Part shown: piece after piece, positions 17,997-27,648 of the stretch | Position numbering within the stretch: position 1 is the stretch's first letter | How the letters are laid out: each line of letters begins with the position of its first letter | IMG/VR virus record: IMGVR_UViG_3300028833_000071 | Direction: 5' to 3' (one strand) | Length of the DNA: 64,000 nucleotides | Source: a virus | Lineage: Duplodnaviria > Caudoviricetes | Notes under the pieces: generated by a model | Told to the model about the DNA's origin: nothing | The model's database searches: none | Seen by the model: only the letters and a program-made list of their open reading frames with translations | Made by a program: the position numbers and the translations under genes

Positions 17997-20087
17997 TTAA
18001 TTTTCAATCTCGTCACTTTCGTTTAAATCAGAAATTGCTTCGTTTAGTAATGTTTCACGGTTAATTTCATCTTCATCAATTAATGTCGTGATTTTATTGC
18101 ATATTTTTTGGATATTTTCTTGTAATGTGGCATTTTTAATGTCATAATCCATTACTTCTTCAATATTTTCTGTTGCTTTTTGACTTTCTGACAATAAGTT
18201 CATATATTCATCAAAACTTGATTTTTTATTTGAAGATGGCAATCCTTTTTTGGAAAGTGAATCAAAATATTTGTCAGTAAATGATTTAATTGATTCATTC
18301 AAAGGGGCACCCATATCTGCTTCTGGAGCATCACTCATGTCAGTTTCACCAGTTTCACCGCCCATGTCACCCATATCATCAGCGCCAGGTTCACCCATAT
18401 CTAAATCACCATCGCCAAGGCCTCCCCCCATAGGTGCTCCGCCTCCGCCGCCCATACCGCCGTCTTCATCTTCTTGTTGTGGTTGTTGTTGTGACGGATT
18501 GTGCATTGCATTATAATCACCATATATTCTATCGGTTGTATCAAATATACCAGTATGTTTAATGATATTGGTTGTGGCGGCAATTTCAGAGGCCATGGCT
18601 TTTTCAAGTCTGATTTCGTTAAGCATATCCTTTATTTCAATATCACTCATTTTCATAATTTCTCTCAATGCTTTATGTAGTGACATTAACGGTATACCAT
18701 TACCTGGGTCAGCAAGAGCTATTTGCATTATAGTTAGACGTTTTTGAAGGTCATCTAATTCTTGTGACTCAATAAGAGAAGTTGGATTATTTAATGTTAA
18801 TGAGAAATTACCGATTTCATCAGCAAGCCCCATAACATATAAATGTATCATTGCTATCTTATTAAGTTCCATTAAAAGATATTGTTGGATACGGTTAATC
18901 ATTCTAGCAAATCTGATGTCCAAAAATGAAAGATTTTGTCCTTTACCTTGTGCCTCTTGGAAATTTAAAAATGATTTAGGAACTCTTATTGCTGCAAAAA
19001 TCTTATTTTGCATATATTCAATATCTTCCATTTGAACTTGACTATTAGCTGCTGCAAGTGTTTCGATTGGGTTTGGAGCATCTTCTCTTCTTACAGGAAT
19101 AAAATAATCACTTGACACATCCAAGAAATTTTTCCTTAAATCAACCTGGCCAGTTAACGGGTCTATTATTTGTGTTCTTTTGAATTCATTTGCAATTTGG
19201 TTTATGTATGCAGGTACATCAGCGTCATTAATTCCACCGACATAGATTTTATAAACACGTCTTTCAATGGCCTTATCCAAACGCCATATAAGCATTGCAT
19301 CTTCCATCATAGACCACATTCTCCATGCTCTACGGGCCTTATGAAGCAAACTGCACCCATAGGGTAAAAAGAATGAATCATTCAACAATCTGAAATGTGC
19401 AACTTGCCAATTAAAATAAGGACTATCACCATTATGGCCTTTCCATACAAATCTGATGTCATCAGGCTTTATTTCGCTTGTTTGTTGTACAACAGTTTGG
19501 GTATAAGTTGCACCATAACCGTTTTCTTCCCTATCAACTTCATAAACAGGCATCATCATCCAACCCATGACACCATTTGATTTGTCTATGTTCAGTAACA
19601 TAAATGTATTGCCGTATTTTGTAACATGACGAGCAATCATAGGTAACTCAGTATAAATATGAAGCCTATTGACAAATAAGTCCTCTAATATTGATTTGGT
19701 CCTTTGTGATTTTGAGTATATATTAAGCATTGAACCTTTGCTGTTTATCGGACATGTCTCTTCCGAGATAATATCTAACGCTGAGCCAATTTCACAAGTA
19801 CCATCCATTAAATCGACATCACGGTACATCAATTTGACAGCATTATATCCTGCCAAACTTTCCATTGTATTGTCAGCATTAGCTTTTTTCCATTGATAAG
19901 CTAAATACTTTTGCTGCTTGTATGTTTGTAATTTACGCTCGTATTCTGCTTTGTCGTTTGTTGTGAAAAGAATTTCGTTCCTTTCTTCTGGTGTTTTTGA
20001 AGTCATTACAGTCTGTGAAATCTGATTACTTGTAGGACCTCTAAAAACATCACTAAGTCTTTGAAATATAGTTCTGTTATCTGCCAT
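17997..20087 (-). CDS. Portal protein (T4 gp20-like)
   Basis: VAHFRL, PYG.SLL..ARR.W, MEDAMLIWR...ERRVYKIYVG, DYFIPVR, EDIEY...KIFAA.RVP, DIRFAR; acidic Gly-rich tail. Confidence 0.93.
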   Translation of the reverse strand: MADNRTIFQRLSDVFRGPTSNQISQTVMTSKTPEERNEILFTTNDKAEYERKLQTYKQQKYLAYQWKKANADNTMESLAGYNAVKLMYRDVDLMDGTCEIGSALDIISEETCPINSKGSMLNIYSKSQRTKSILEDLFVNRLHIYTELPMIARHVTKYGNTFMLLNIDKSNGVMGWMMMPVYEVDREENGYGATYTQTVVQQTSEIKPDDIRFVWKGHNGDSPYFNWQVAHFRLLNDSFFLPYGCSLLHKARRAWRMWSMMEDAMLIWRLDKAIERRVYKIYVGGINDADVPAYINQIANEFKRTQIIDPLTGQVDLRKNFLDVSSDYFIPVRREDAPNPIETLAAANSQVQMEDIEYMQNKIFAAIRVPKSFLNFQEAQGKGQNLSFLDIRFARMINRIQQYLLMELNKIAMIHLYVMGLADEIGNFSLTLNNPTSLIESQELDDLQKRLTIMQIALADPGNGIPLMSLHKALREIMKMSDIEIKDMLNEIRLEKAMASEIAATTNIIKHTGIFDTTDRIYGDYNAMHNPSQQQPQQEDEDGGMGGGGGAPMGGGLGDGDLDMGEPGADDMGDMGGETGETDMSDAPEADMGAPLNESIKSFTDKYFDSLSKKGLPSSNKKSSFDEYMNLLSESQKATENIEEVMDYDIKNATLQENIQKICNKITTLIDEDEINRETLLNEAISDLNESDEIEN

Positions 20088-20194
20088 AATAATAATTTCT
20101 ATTCATTATAAAAAAAATAAACTAATTACCTAAATTATAAATAGTTTTTGATTTTAATTTTGTTTTTTGTATATTTATGTAAAAATATAATAAC

Positions 20195-20440
20195 ATGGAA
20201 ACATTTGAAGAAAAAGTTGAAAGGTATATGCAATGTGACAAAAGAACACTTGCAGAAATGCTTGCATTAAAGGATTTGGTTGATGAGAATAGACAATATA
20301 TGTATTATAGACCATATATTGATACCGTAGAACCAATTCAACCGTATTATCATGAGCAAGAGCCTGATGTTGTAAAGCCAACAAAGACAGCCCCCTATAT
20401 GCCGTTAGGTGGTGATTGGGTGATTACTTGTGCGGTTTAA
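20195..20440 (+). CDS. Hypothetical protein
   Basis: 81-aa ORF preceded by TTGTATATT motif and followed by a terminator. Confidence 0.65.
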   Translation: METFEEKVERYMQCDKRTLAEMLALKDLVDENRQYMYYRPYIDTVEPIQPYYHEQEPDVVKPTKTAPYMPLGGDWVITCAV

Positions 20441-20446
20441 AAACAG

Positions 20447-20472
20447 AAAAAGCGGCTGAGATGGCCGCTTTT
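20447..20472. terminator. Bidirectional intrinsic terminator
   Basis: AAAAGCGGC-loop-GCCGCTTTT. Confidence 0.8.
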
Positions 20473-20504
20473 ATTATTTGATTTTTAAAAGATGATAAGG
20501 ATAG

Positions 20505-20873
20505 TTAATAATTATCTAATCCTAAACTATTCTTATTATTTCTTTCATTATCCATGCCTTTATAACCAGCTCTGTCATAAAAAATATCAAAGGCATCCCT
20601 GATAAGACGATTGGCTCTGTTTAATTTTTCCATTACAGATTTCATTGTAAAACTACATCCAAGCTCATCAGTATCCTCTTGATTACACATTACTCTGAAA
20701 TTTTCGTCCTCAAGCATTTTTTTCCATATATTTGAAATGCTTTGATTTGCTGCTTGTACTAATTGTTTTATTTCTCCAGAAAAAGTATTTTCGTTAAGTA
20801 CTTTTTTTACAGATTCAGTTACAATCTGTTTTAATTGGTTTTGATTGATTTTAATTTTTTGTTTTTTGTTCAT
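20505..20873 (-). CDS. Small leader-bearing putative virion cargo protein
   Basis: MNKKQKIKINQNQLKQIVTESVKKVLNE; 5' region nearly identical to that of 44275-44544. Confidence 0.8.
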   Translation of the reverse strand: MNKKQKIKINQNQLKQIVTESVKKVLNENTFSGEIKQLVQAANQSISNIWKKMLEDENFRVMCNQEDTDELGCSFTMKSVMEKLNRANRLIRDAFDIFYDRAGYKGMDNERNNKNSLGLDNY

Positions 20874-20949
20874 ATTTTTAATATTATTTATCTTATTTCT
20901 TTATAAATAGCCAGCAAACAAAAAGAGACACATTTTATGCGTTGTACCA

Positions 20950-22092
20950 TTAGGATATGGTATAAATACCCAAAGGTGTGTATTGCTGAAGTTTGATATT
21001 GCTTTCCATCAATTCGGCTTGTTCTTTCATCATATTAACAGGCCTCATTCTCTCAAGTCTTTGCTTTAACGCTTCCATCGTGGCATCATATTCTTCTTTG
21101 CCTTGTTGTAATAACATTTGATAATCCATGGTCATTTCTGCTTGTGGAATACTAACCTTTCCTGAGAATTTACCTCTGGTAAGACCGAGTGTTTGTTTTG
21201 CTTTCGCCACTAATAATTGTCGTACAACGACTTTAGACGGGTCATTTAAAAACTCATATTGCATATTTTCCATTGGAACTTGGTCGGGGCTAAGTATTAC
21301 ATCGTCAGCATGATATAACATACATTCATCTTCACTACCATCTGAAGTATCATAATAGGTATACCACACTTCACAGCCTATTAAACCAATACCACCATTA
21401 ACATTTGCCCCAGCGAAGCCAAATGACAATCTACTACCAGGAGTTGACATTAAATGAAGCAAGTGTGTACCATCAGGTCCTGCCGTTACCTTATAAGTTA
21501 AATCGCCTCTAAACAAGCGGCTTTTGAAATTTAAATCAGCCGCCATATAAGCAACATCCATGGCTTGTGTTGTATAAAATCCGCCAAGGCCACCACCATA
21601 TCCATATCCTGCTCCAACTTGACCCATACCAGGCATAAAGCCAACGCCACCGCCCATATAATTGGCAAATAAAGCCACATCAGTCATTGGGGGGTTAACA
21701 TACATAACCTTATTGATTGTACGTCCTGAAGGTATTACATAAACCTGTTTACCTGCTTCAATTGTGATAAAATCTTTTTTAAGCTCCCATTGCCCCTCCT
21801 GTTGCAAGCCCACTTGTTTTGAAAACCAGTCTGAATATTGTTTTGAAAGGTCAAGGCTTCTTGTCATAAAGCCATACATTAAATCTTTTGCGTTGGTTGT
21901 GCTTTTACCGTAAAAACCCATCCAATTATTTAATATAATCTCATTTTGAACCGCTGAAGAATAATCCTGCATCGCAATTTGCAGTAAATCACAAAGTTGT
22001 TCATTTGTGAGTTCAACCGCTCTCACAGGGCTTCCCAGACTACTTTTAACTAATCTAAATAATTCTTCTATATTTTTAGTTATCTTTATCAT
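20950..22092 (-). CDS. Neck/head-completion protein (T4 gp13-like)
   Basis: LGSPVRAVELT.EQL.D; AKAKQTLG..RGKFSG.V.IP...MDY..LLQQG.EE; position between portal and terminase. Confidence 0.8.
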   Translation of the reverse strand: MIKITKNIEELFRLVKSSLGSPVRAVELTNEQLCDLLQIAMQDYSSAVQNEIILNNWMGFYGKSTTNAKDLMYGFMTRSLDLSKQYSDWFSKQVGLQQEGQWELKKDFITIEAGKQVYVIPSGRTINKVMYVNPPMTDVALFANYMGGGVGFMPGMGQVGAGYGYGGGLGGFYTTQAMDVAYMAADLNFKSRLFRGDLTYKVTAGPDGTHLLHLMSTPGSRLSFGFAGANVNGGIGLIGCEVWYTYYDTSDGSEDECMLYHADDVILSPDQVPMENMQYEFLNDPSKVVVRQLLVAKAKQTLGLTRGKFSGKVSIPQAEMTMDYQMLLQQGKEEYDATMEALKQRLERMRPVNMMKEQAELMESNIKLQQYTPLGIYTIS

Positions 22093-22126
22093 AGTGAATA
22101 ATTATTTACCATAAATAGTTCTTAAA

Positions 22127-23998
22127 TTAAACAATTAACCATTTATATGCATTAAATTTTTCATTATTGAGATTAAGAGATTTGTCGGTATAGAATGGCT
22201 GTGGATATATCTTTTTATTATCAGACATAAGAGCCGCATTTTTCGCGACAGACGAAGAAGAAGTCCATGCTTTAAGAATGGCCTTGTCTTTTTCTTGTGC
22301 CGCAATAAGTCTTTTCATTGAAAAATTCATCACAAATGTAGCCATAGCCAAACAAGTCAATGTATCATCGTGACATCCGTCTTGGTGGTCTATTCTTGCC
22401 GCTGTTCCTTTATAAATCCATGTATCCAATTCATTAATTACACGAGAGGACCTGATTTTAATTTGATTGGTTTTAACCATATTGGCGAAACTGGTAAGCA
22501 TTTGGAATCTCACAGAACTGCTATGGAAGCCGGGCAATTTTCCATCATTTGTTACTTTAATTGAGGAACTTTCCCTTTGCATTGTGTATGTTTTAAGTTC
22601 GGGGTCGTCATAATATAAATTTGTATACCCTAATCTCATCATCATAAGCAGACAAGCATCTCCTGTACCACCGATACAATCTATTGTCGTAAAGGCATCT
22701 CCATACATTTTGCCATAACGGTATGCAATTTCACCGATGTCATCACCTGTTTTTTTGCCATGATATTCAAGAACTTGTTCTAAGATTGGTTCACCTGTGT
22801 CATCATCAATACCGTCTAAGTCAAGAATTTCAATAGCTGTCCTATCTGCTGCATCACCTCTTGAGCAGTCAATACCCATAAGATAACGATGACCGGGAAT
22901 AGGTTCTTTCCATATCCATGTATCTTCAATTAAAGGGTCAACATATAAAGGGTCTTTAACATTTAAATTATCTTGCATTTCAATAAATTCAGGCTCAACA
23001 ACATTTGAAGACGAACCCAAGAATGAAACATCCAACTCTTGTGCTATTTTCTGTGAGTCATTATTGAATTGTTGACACATTTTCACATACCATGGAGAAC
23101 GAGGTAGCCATCCGTCTTTAACTTTTTCTTCCCAATGTTCCTCATTATATTTTATATTTCCTTCTTTATCCAGAACAGGCTCTTTTTCAATAATAACTTC
23201 ACCTGTTTCAGGGTCTTTTTTGGTCCATTCAAGGAATTTATTATACCTTGGGTCTTGATACCATTTCATTTCAACCAGTTCAAAACCATTCCAATCAGCA
23301 GTTCCTTTTAATTTTGCTCTTCGACATGTTTCATAATATAACATATCTTTACCATTCGGGGTGGATATAAGTATTATATGACCCCCTGTGGAAACTGTTG
23401 GAAGTGCGGACGCATAAACATCTTTTCCATTCTCAATGAATGCTGCCTCATCAAAGATAAGCCAATTAACACCACCGACACCACGAGATGCATCAGGTCC
23501 TGATGAACGTGCAACAACCTTGCATCCGTTTTTAAGTTTAAGTTCCTTTGAATTGCATATGTCAAATATTACATTTTTGTTTGGGGGTGGTAACATTGGG
23601 TCATAACCCAAATCCATATATTCGTCACCCCACATCCATAATGGAAACTGTAATAAAAAGTCCCTTATTTTAAATAACATTTGTTGAGAAAGGTCTAATG
23701 TGTTACCAATTGCAAGAACTGTTTGCGGTGAATCTTTATCTGCAAGGACCATTTCACAAGAAATAAAAGCACCTGCTGTTGTTGTAACACCTGCTTGTCT
23801 TGGTTTTTGTGTGACAACTGACATCGCATTTCCAAGTGTTCTACATATAACCTGTTGTCTTGGGAACAGATTAAACGGAACATCTTTTTTAACTGTATTG
23901 TCATATGTTTTCAAAAAATGTTGAATCATATAGATGCGGCTTTTATCTTTGTAGCATTTTAAGTATTCTGCCGCAAGATAGTCATAATCTATAATCAT
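22127..23998 (-). CDS. Terminase large subunit (T4 gp17-like)
   Basis: KPRQAGVTT Walker A, LIFDEAAF Walker B, ISTPNG coupling motif, QELD.SF, YLMGIDCSRG, HDDTL nuclease motif. Confidence 0.95.
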   Translation of the reverse strand: MIIDYDYLAAEYLKCYKDKSRIYMIQHFLKTYDNTVKKDVPFNLFPRQQVICRTLGNAMSVVTQKPRQAGVTTTAGAFISCEMVLADKDSPQTVLAIGNTLDLSQQMLFKIRDFLLQFPLWMWGDEYMDLGYDPMLPPPNKNVIFDICNSKELKLKNGCKVVARSSGPDASRGVGGVNWLIFDEAAFIENGKDVYASALPTVSTGGHIILISTPNGKDMLYYETCRRAKLKGTADWNGFELVEMKWYQDPRYNKFLEWTKKDPETGEVIIEKEPVLDKEGNIKYNEEHWEEKVKDGWLPRSPWYVKMCQQFNNDSQKIAQELDVSFLGSSSNVVEPEFIEMQDNLNVKDPLYVDPLIEDTWIWKEPIPGHRYLMGIDCSRGDAADRTAIEILDLDGIDDDTGEPILEQVLEYHGKKTGDDIGEIAYRYGKMYGDAFTTIDCIGGTGDACLLMMMRLGYTNLYYDDPELKTYTMQRESSSIKVTNDGKLPGFHSSSVRFQMLTSFANMVKTNQIKIRSSRVINELDTWIYKGTAARIDHQDGCHDDTLTCLAMATFVMNFSMKRLIAAQEKDKAILKAWTSSSSVAKNAALMSDNKKIYPQPFYTDKSLNLNNEKFNAYKWLIV

Positions 23999-24114
23999 AA
24001 TTTATTTATTTTTATTTAGTTATTAAATTATTTTAAATAGTTTGTTTTTAAAAAAAGTTGTTTTTTTTACATTTTTTTTGTATTTTTTATAATAAATAAA
24101 GAAAAAACTTTGAA

Positions 24115-24528
24115 ATGGTTGATTATAAAGCGTTTTTAGAAAAGACACAAGGAGAGTTAATTATTGAAAATGACAAACTCGAAAAGAAATATACTGAAAT
24201 TGAGACAGATTGTTTAAAAGAGGGGTTATCATATGAAGCCTTTTGTGAAAAGGCTCATGATGTCAAGGAAAAGTTGTTCTTCATTGATAAGGCAATTAGG
24301 CTAAAATCCGAACCAGTGTTAACCTATGGGAAAGAATGGAAGGGCAAATTATATGGGCTTGATGTATTTAAATCCATGTGTCTTAAAGGAGAAATATTAA
24401 CCGATGAGGATGGAATAGGATATTATGCAACAGAAAAAACAAAAAGCGATATTGAGGTAAGACCGTCTGATTTCAAATATGATTTATATAGAACTGATTT
24501 CACACATGTGCTTTGGTTTGATAAATAA
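24115..24528 (+). CDS. Hypothetical protein
   Basis: 137-aa ORF. Confidence 0.7.
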   Translation: MVDYKAFLEKTQGELIIENDKLEKKYTEIETDCLKEGLSYEAFCEKAHDVKEKLFFIDKAIRLKSEPVLTYGKEWKGKLYGLDVFKSMCLKGEILTDEDGIGYYATEKTKSDIEVRPSDFKYDLYRTDFTHVLWFDK

Positions 24529-24548
24529 AAATTTAAAGAATATAAAAT

Positions 24549-24743
24549 ATGGAAACATTGATAAAATTTTTGGGGTTTATTGGAATGATGATTTTAATGG
24601 CCTTCATTTTTTCTTTGCCGATAATGTGGCTGTGGAATTGGTTAATGCCAACATTGTTTGGCCTTGTTGAGATAAATTGGCTTCAAGCACTTGGTATAAG
24701 TATTTTAACAGGATTTTTATTTAGGACAAATAACAATTGGTAA
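24549..24743 (+). CDS. Small membrane protein
   Basis: 64 aa with two hydrophobic segments (LWNWLMP...INWLQALG). Confidence 0.7.
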   Translation: METLIKFLGFIGMMILMAFIFSLPIMWLWNWLMPTLFGLVEINWLQALGISILTGFLFRTNNNW

Positions 24744-24761
24744 AGATTAAATACAGTAATT

Positions 24762-25508
24762 ATGAATTTTGGTGAAGCAATAGAAGCCATGAAAAATGGT
24801 AAACGAGTAACAAGAAAAGGATGGAACGGTAAGAATATGTATCTTTGGCTGCTTCCCGCCGCAACAGTTAAGGCTGAATGGTGCAAAGAACCGCATTTAA
24901 AGACCCTTGCAGAAGAGAACGGCGGTGAAGTGGAGTGTCTTGGCTCTATACGGATGAAAACCGCTGACAATAAAGTTTTGACGGGTTGGTTGGCAAGTCA
25001 AACTGATATGCTATCTGAAGATTGGGAACTCTATGGCGAAGATAATGTGGATAAGACAAAAGTATACCGTGATGTAAGATATATTGGTGTTGATGTAGGA
25101 TGTGCGTCTTGGGGTGATGCTTATGTTAATGGGAAACGGGAAGATGAAAATGACCCAATAATGCCATGTCTTGAAAAAGACTTATTTGGTTATAGATGGA
25201 AAATTTTGATTGATGTAACAACAGGACAAATTCTGAACTGGGAAAAAGGAAACAAAGCTAATGTCTATTATAAAGTCGTTGATAATGGTGTTTATCGAGC
25301 GTTTAATGAAGATAAACAGGAAATTTATACCTCACAATCACAATTTAGGTATGTACCCTATATTTTGAATATCAATGATAATGATGGCTATTATGGGTAT
25401 GGTGATTATTTAGGTTTGGATATTGACGAAAACGGCTTTATTAAAGGATGGCCTGTTTATGAAGAAGAAGTTGAATTCTTTATTGATGATTTTTTATCGG
25501 GGTCATAA
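24762..25508 (+). CDS. DUF2829/Tad2-like anti-defence domain fused to unknown C-terminal domain
   Basis: MNFGEAIEAMKNGKRVTRKGWNGKNM...GWLASQTDMLSEDW is the DUF2829 signature. Confidence 0.75.
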   Translation: MNFGEAIEAMKNGKRVTRKGWNGKNMYLWLLPAATVKAEWCKEPHLKTLAEENGGEVECLGSIRMKTADNKVLTGWLASQTDMLSEDWELYGEDNVDKTKVYRDVRYIGVDVGCASWGDAYVNGKREDENDPIMPCLEKDLFGYRWKILIDVTTGQILNWEKGNKANVYYKVVDNGVYRAFNEDKQEIYTSQSQFRYVPYILNINDNDGYYGYGDYLGLDIDENGFIKGWPVYEEEVEFFIDDFLSGS

Positions 25509-25514
25509 TTTGTA

Positions 25515-25547
25515 AAAAAAAGTCAGTCTGATAAAGGCTGACTTTTT
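25515..25547. terminator. Intrinsic terminator, inverted near-copy of the IS right-end hairpin
   Basis: AAAAAGTCAGTCTGATAAAGGCTGACTTTTT; its reverse complement matches 15504-15531 with 2 mismatches. Confidence 0.75.
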
Positions 25548-25553
25548 AATTTA

Positions 25554-25639
25554 GGCAATTATATACCAGTTAACACAAAAATTTTGGTAATTTTCCTCTG
25601 AAAATCGCCTAAATTTTTTGATTTTTAGTGAAAAGCGGC
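25554..25639 (+). mobile_element. IS1595-like left end (TIR plus subterminal sequence), no transposase
   Basis: GGCAATTATATACCAGTTAACACAAAA resembles the intact TIR; subterminal AAATTTTTTGATTTTTAGTGAAAA resembles AAATTTCTGATTTTCAGTTAAAA of the intact element. Confidence 0.75.
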
Positions 25640-26011
25640 TTAATCACAGTCCCCATATTCAAATAAATATGCAATTTCTTTAAAATTTTGTGAAGCATAT
25701 CTGAATGCTTCATCATAGGTTTTGAATACTTTAAATTTTATCCATCCACTTGAATCCATCCCATATTCAACATCTGGTAATAAATACTTTTCTTCAATTG
25801 GGCTAAGCCAGTTTTTTTCAATGCTCACTAAATAACCTATTTCTTTACCGTTATAAAAAATGGTTTGTCTATGTCTACCCCTACCTAAATCCACAGAGTC
25901 ACTAAAGGTAAATTCGTTAGTAACTCCTTCTTTCAACAGTTTCTTAACCGACTCACTCACAATCCTTCTGAGCTGGCTTTCGTTCAATCTAATTGTTTGT
26001 TTCTTATTCAT
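25640..26011 (-). CDS. Leader-bearing putative virion cargo protein (relic IS passenger)
   Basis: MNKKQTIRLNESQ identical to the intact-IS passenger; stop abuts the left-end relic; late motif at 26041-26049. Confidence 0.8.
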   Translation of the reverse strand: MNKKQTIRLNESQLRRIVSESVKKLLKEGVTNEFTFSDSVDLGRGRHRQTIFYNGKEIGYLVSIEKNWLSPIEEKYLLPDVEYGMDSSGWIKFKVFKTYDEAFRYASQNFKEIAYLFEYGDCD

Positions 26012-26054
26012 GTTTTAATTTTTTTTCGTTTATTTCAAATATAAATAGTCTGTA

Positions 26055-27533
26055 TTAATCGTTTTTCCACACATATTTAATTAGGCCACAATCCCATATT
26101 CTGTCATATCCCAACTCTTTTGCCATCTCGGTTTCCGTCATTGTTAGCGGAAAACCATATTTTTTATGTAGTTTTTGCTTTCTGAAACCAAATTTATGAT
26201 ATCTTTTTTTGGCATTTGACAATAATATATATTTATAGTTTTGCGGAACGAAAGAATCAAATTTAAAGCCAATCTTGGTATAGAAATTATCATTTAATGT
26301 TGTGGACCATCTTCGGTCAGCAAATGATTTTATCATTTTAGGATTATAGTTTTTAATAAACCAAGAAAATATTTTTCCGCCAACGCCGATACAATTGTAA
26401 TCAATATCTGTTGCAAATCTATTTAATTCCCATTCACTTTTGTTTTTGTTTAAAGTTTTAAATGTCATTACAGAAATAAGTTTGTCATTGAAAAATGCCC
26501 CAATATAAATTGTTGAAGAGGCAAAACCTTGTATATGGTTTTTTTCAAGAAAAGTTTTGGCTTCATTAATTGAAATCTCTGATATTGTGCATTTTCGGCC
26601 ATAAATTTTAGATATATTGTTATTATAGTGTAATATGTGTTTCAACTTTTCTTCAACAATGTGTTTATTGTTTTTATATTCATCTTCAAAAATTTGAATT
26701 AATTGTATTCCTTTGCTTTCACAGTTAATTGTTTTTGAAATATGGTAATTTCTATCTTTTCCTGCAAACCACTCAGAATGCCACTTTAAACCATTAAATT
26801 CAATAGCAAGTTTCTTTGATGGTATATAAATATCAAGTTCTTTTCCGTTTAATGCGGTTCTGTCGTTTTTAACATATTTATCGGTTATAATTTTAATAAT
26901 TTCATCTTCGAATTTTGAATAATGGTTTCCGCATTTAGGACAGCCTTTGCCATAAAGATGATTTTCAGCGGATTGTAAAAAATCGCCGTGTTTTTTACAA
27001 GTTATTAAAAGTGGTGTTCTGTAATTTACATATTCTGTTTTATCATATGAATATTTATCTTTATGTACTTTTTTTGCTTTTTCGATAAATTCTTCATTAG
27101 TTAAACCTTTCCTACTTTTCTTTTTATCAGGGTGCCCACAACCTTTTAAATGCACATTTGGCTCTTGCCAGTATTCACCATATACAGGGTCTATTATACA
27201 AACTTTTGTGTGCATGTTTACATATTTAACCTTTGAATAGTCAAGCCCCTCATCTTTATGCACCTCTTTAAATCGTTCAATGATTTCATCTTGTTTAGCA
27301 CGTTTTGACAACGAGATGCGTTTACCGCGTTTTTTAGGGTGACATTTTCCTTTAAGAAAATTTGAAGGTGTTATCCAAAATTCACCATATTCTTCTCCTT
27401 TCTCATCTAAATCATGGTCAATAATACATACTTTGGTCCTATTATTTACATAAAGAACCTTTGAATAGTCTAAATTTTCATTTTTATGCTTTTCTAAAGC
27501 TTTTTTAATAAACTCTTCTTTTCTATCAATCAT
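26055..27533 (-). CDS. Hef-like free-standing homing endonuclease (DUF723-type repeats, Vsr/PD-(D/E)XK nuclease, GNAT-like C-terminal domain)
   Basis: LDYSKV.YVN..TKVCII repeats, ELDIYIPSKKLAIEFNGLKWHSE, ELNRFA, SFADRRWS. Confidence 0.75.
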   Translation of the reverse strand: MIDRKEEFIKKALEKHKNENLDYSKVLYVNNRTKVCIIDHDLDEKGEEYGEFWITPSNFLKGKCHPKKRGKRISLSKRAKQDEIIERFKEVHKDEGLDYSKVKYVNMHTKVCIIDPVYGEYWQEPNVHLKGCGHPDKKKSRKGLTNEEFIEKAKKVHKDKYSYDKTEYVNYRTPLLITCKKHGDFLQSAENHLYGKGCPKCGNHYSKFEDEIIKIITDKYVKNDRTALNGKELDIYIPSKKLAIEFNGLKWHSEWFAGKDRNYHISKTINCESKGIQLIQIFEDEYKNNKHIVEEKLKHILHYNNNISKIYGRKCTISEISINEAKTFLEKNHIQGFASSTIYIGAFFNDKLISVMTFKTLNKNKSEWELNRFATDIDYNCIGVGGKIFSWFIKNYNPKMIKSFADRRWSTTLNDNFYTKIGFKFDSFVPQNYKYILLSNAKKRYHKFGFRKQKLHKKYGFPLTMTETEMAKELGYDRIWDCGLIKYVWKND

Positions 27534-27648
27534 TGCACCAAATGTATTTTATTAAACCGCAATCCCATATTCTGTCATATCCCAACTCTTTCGCCATCTC
27601 GGTTTCCGTCATTGTTAGCGGAAAACCATATTTTTTATGCAGTTTTTG
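26089..27648. repeat. 89-bp direct repeat (26089-26177 and 27560-27648)
   Basis: 87/89 identical by eye; encodes QKLHKKYGFPLTMTETEMAKELGYDRIWDC in both endonuclease genes. Confidence 0.9.
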
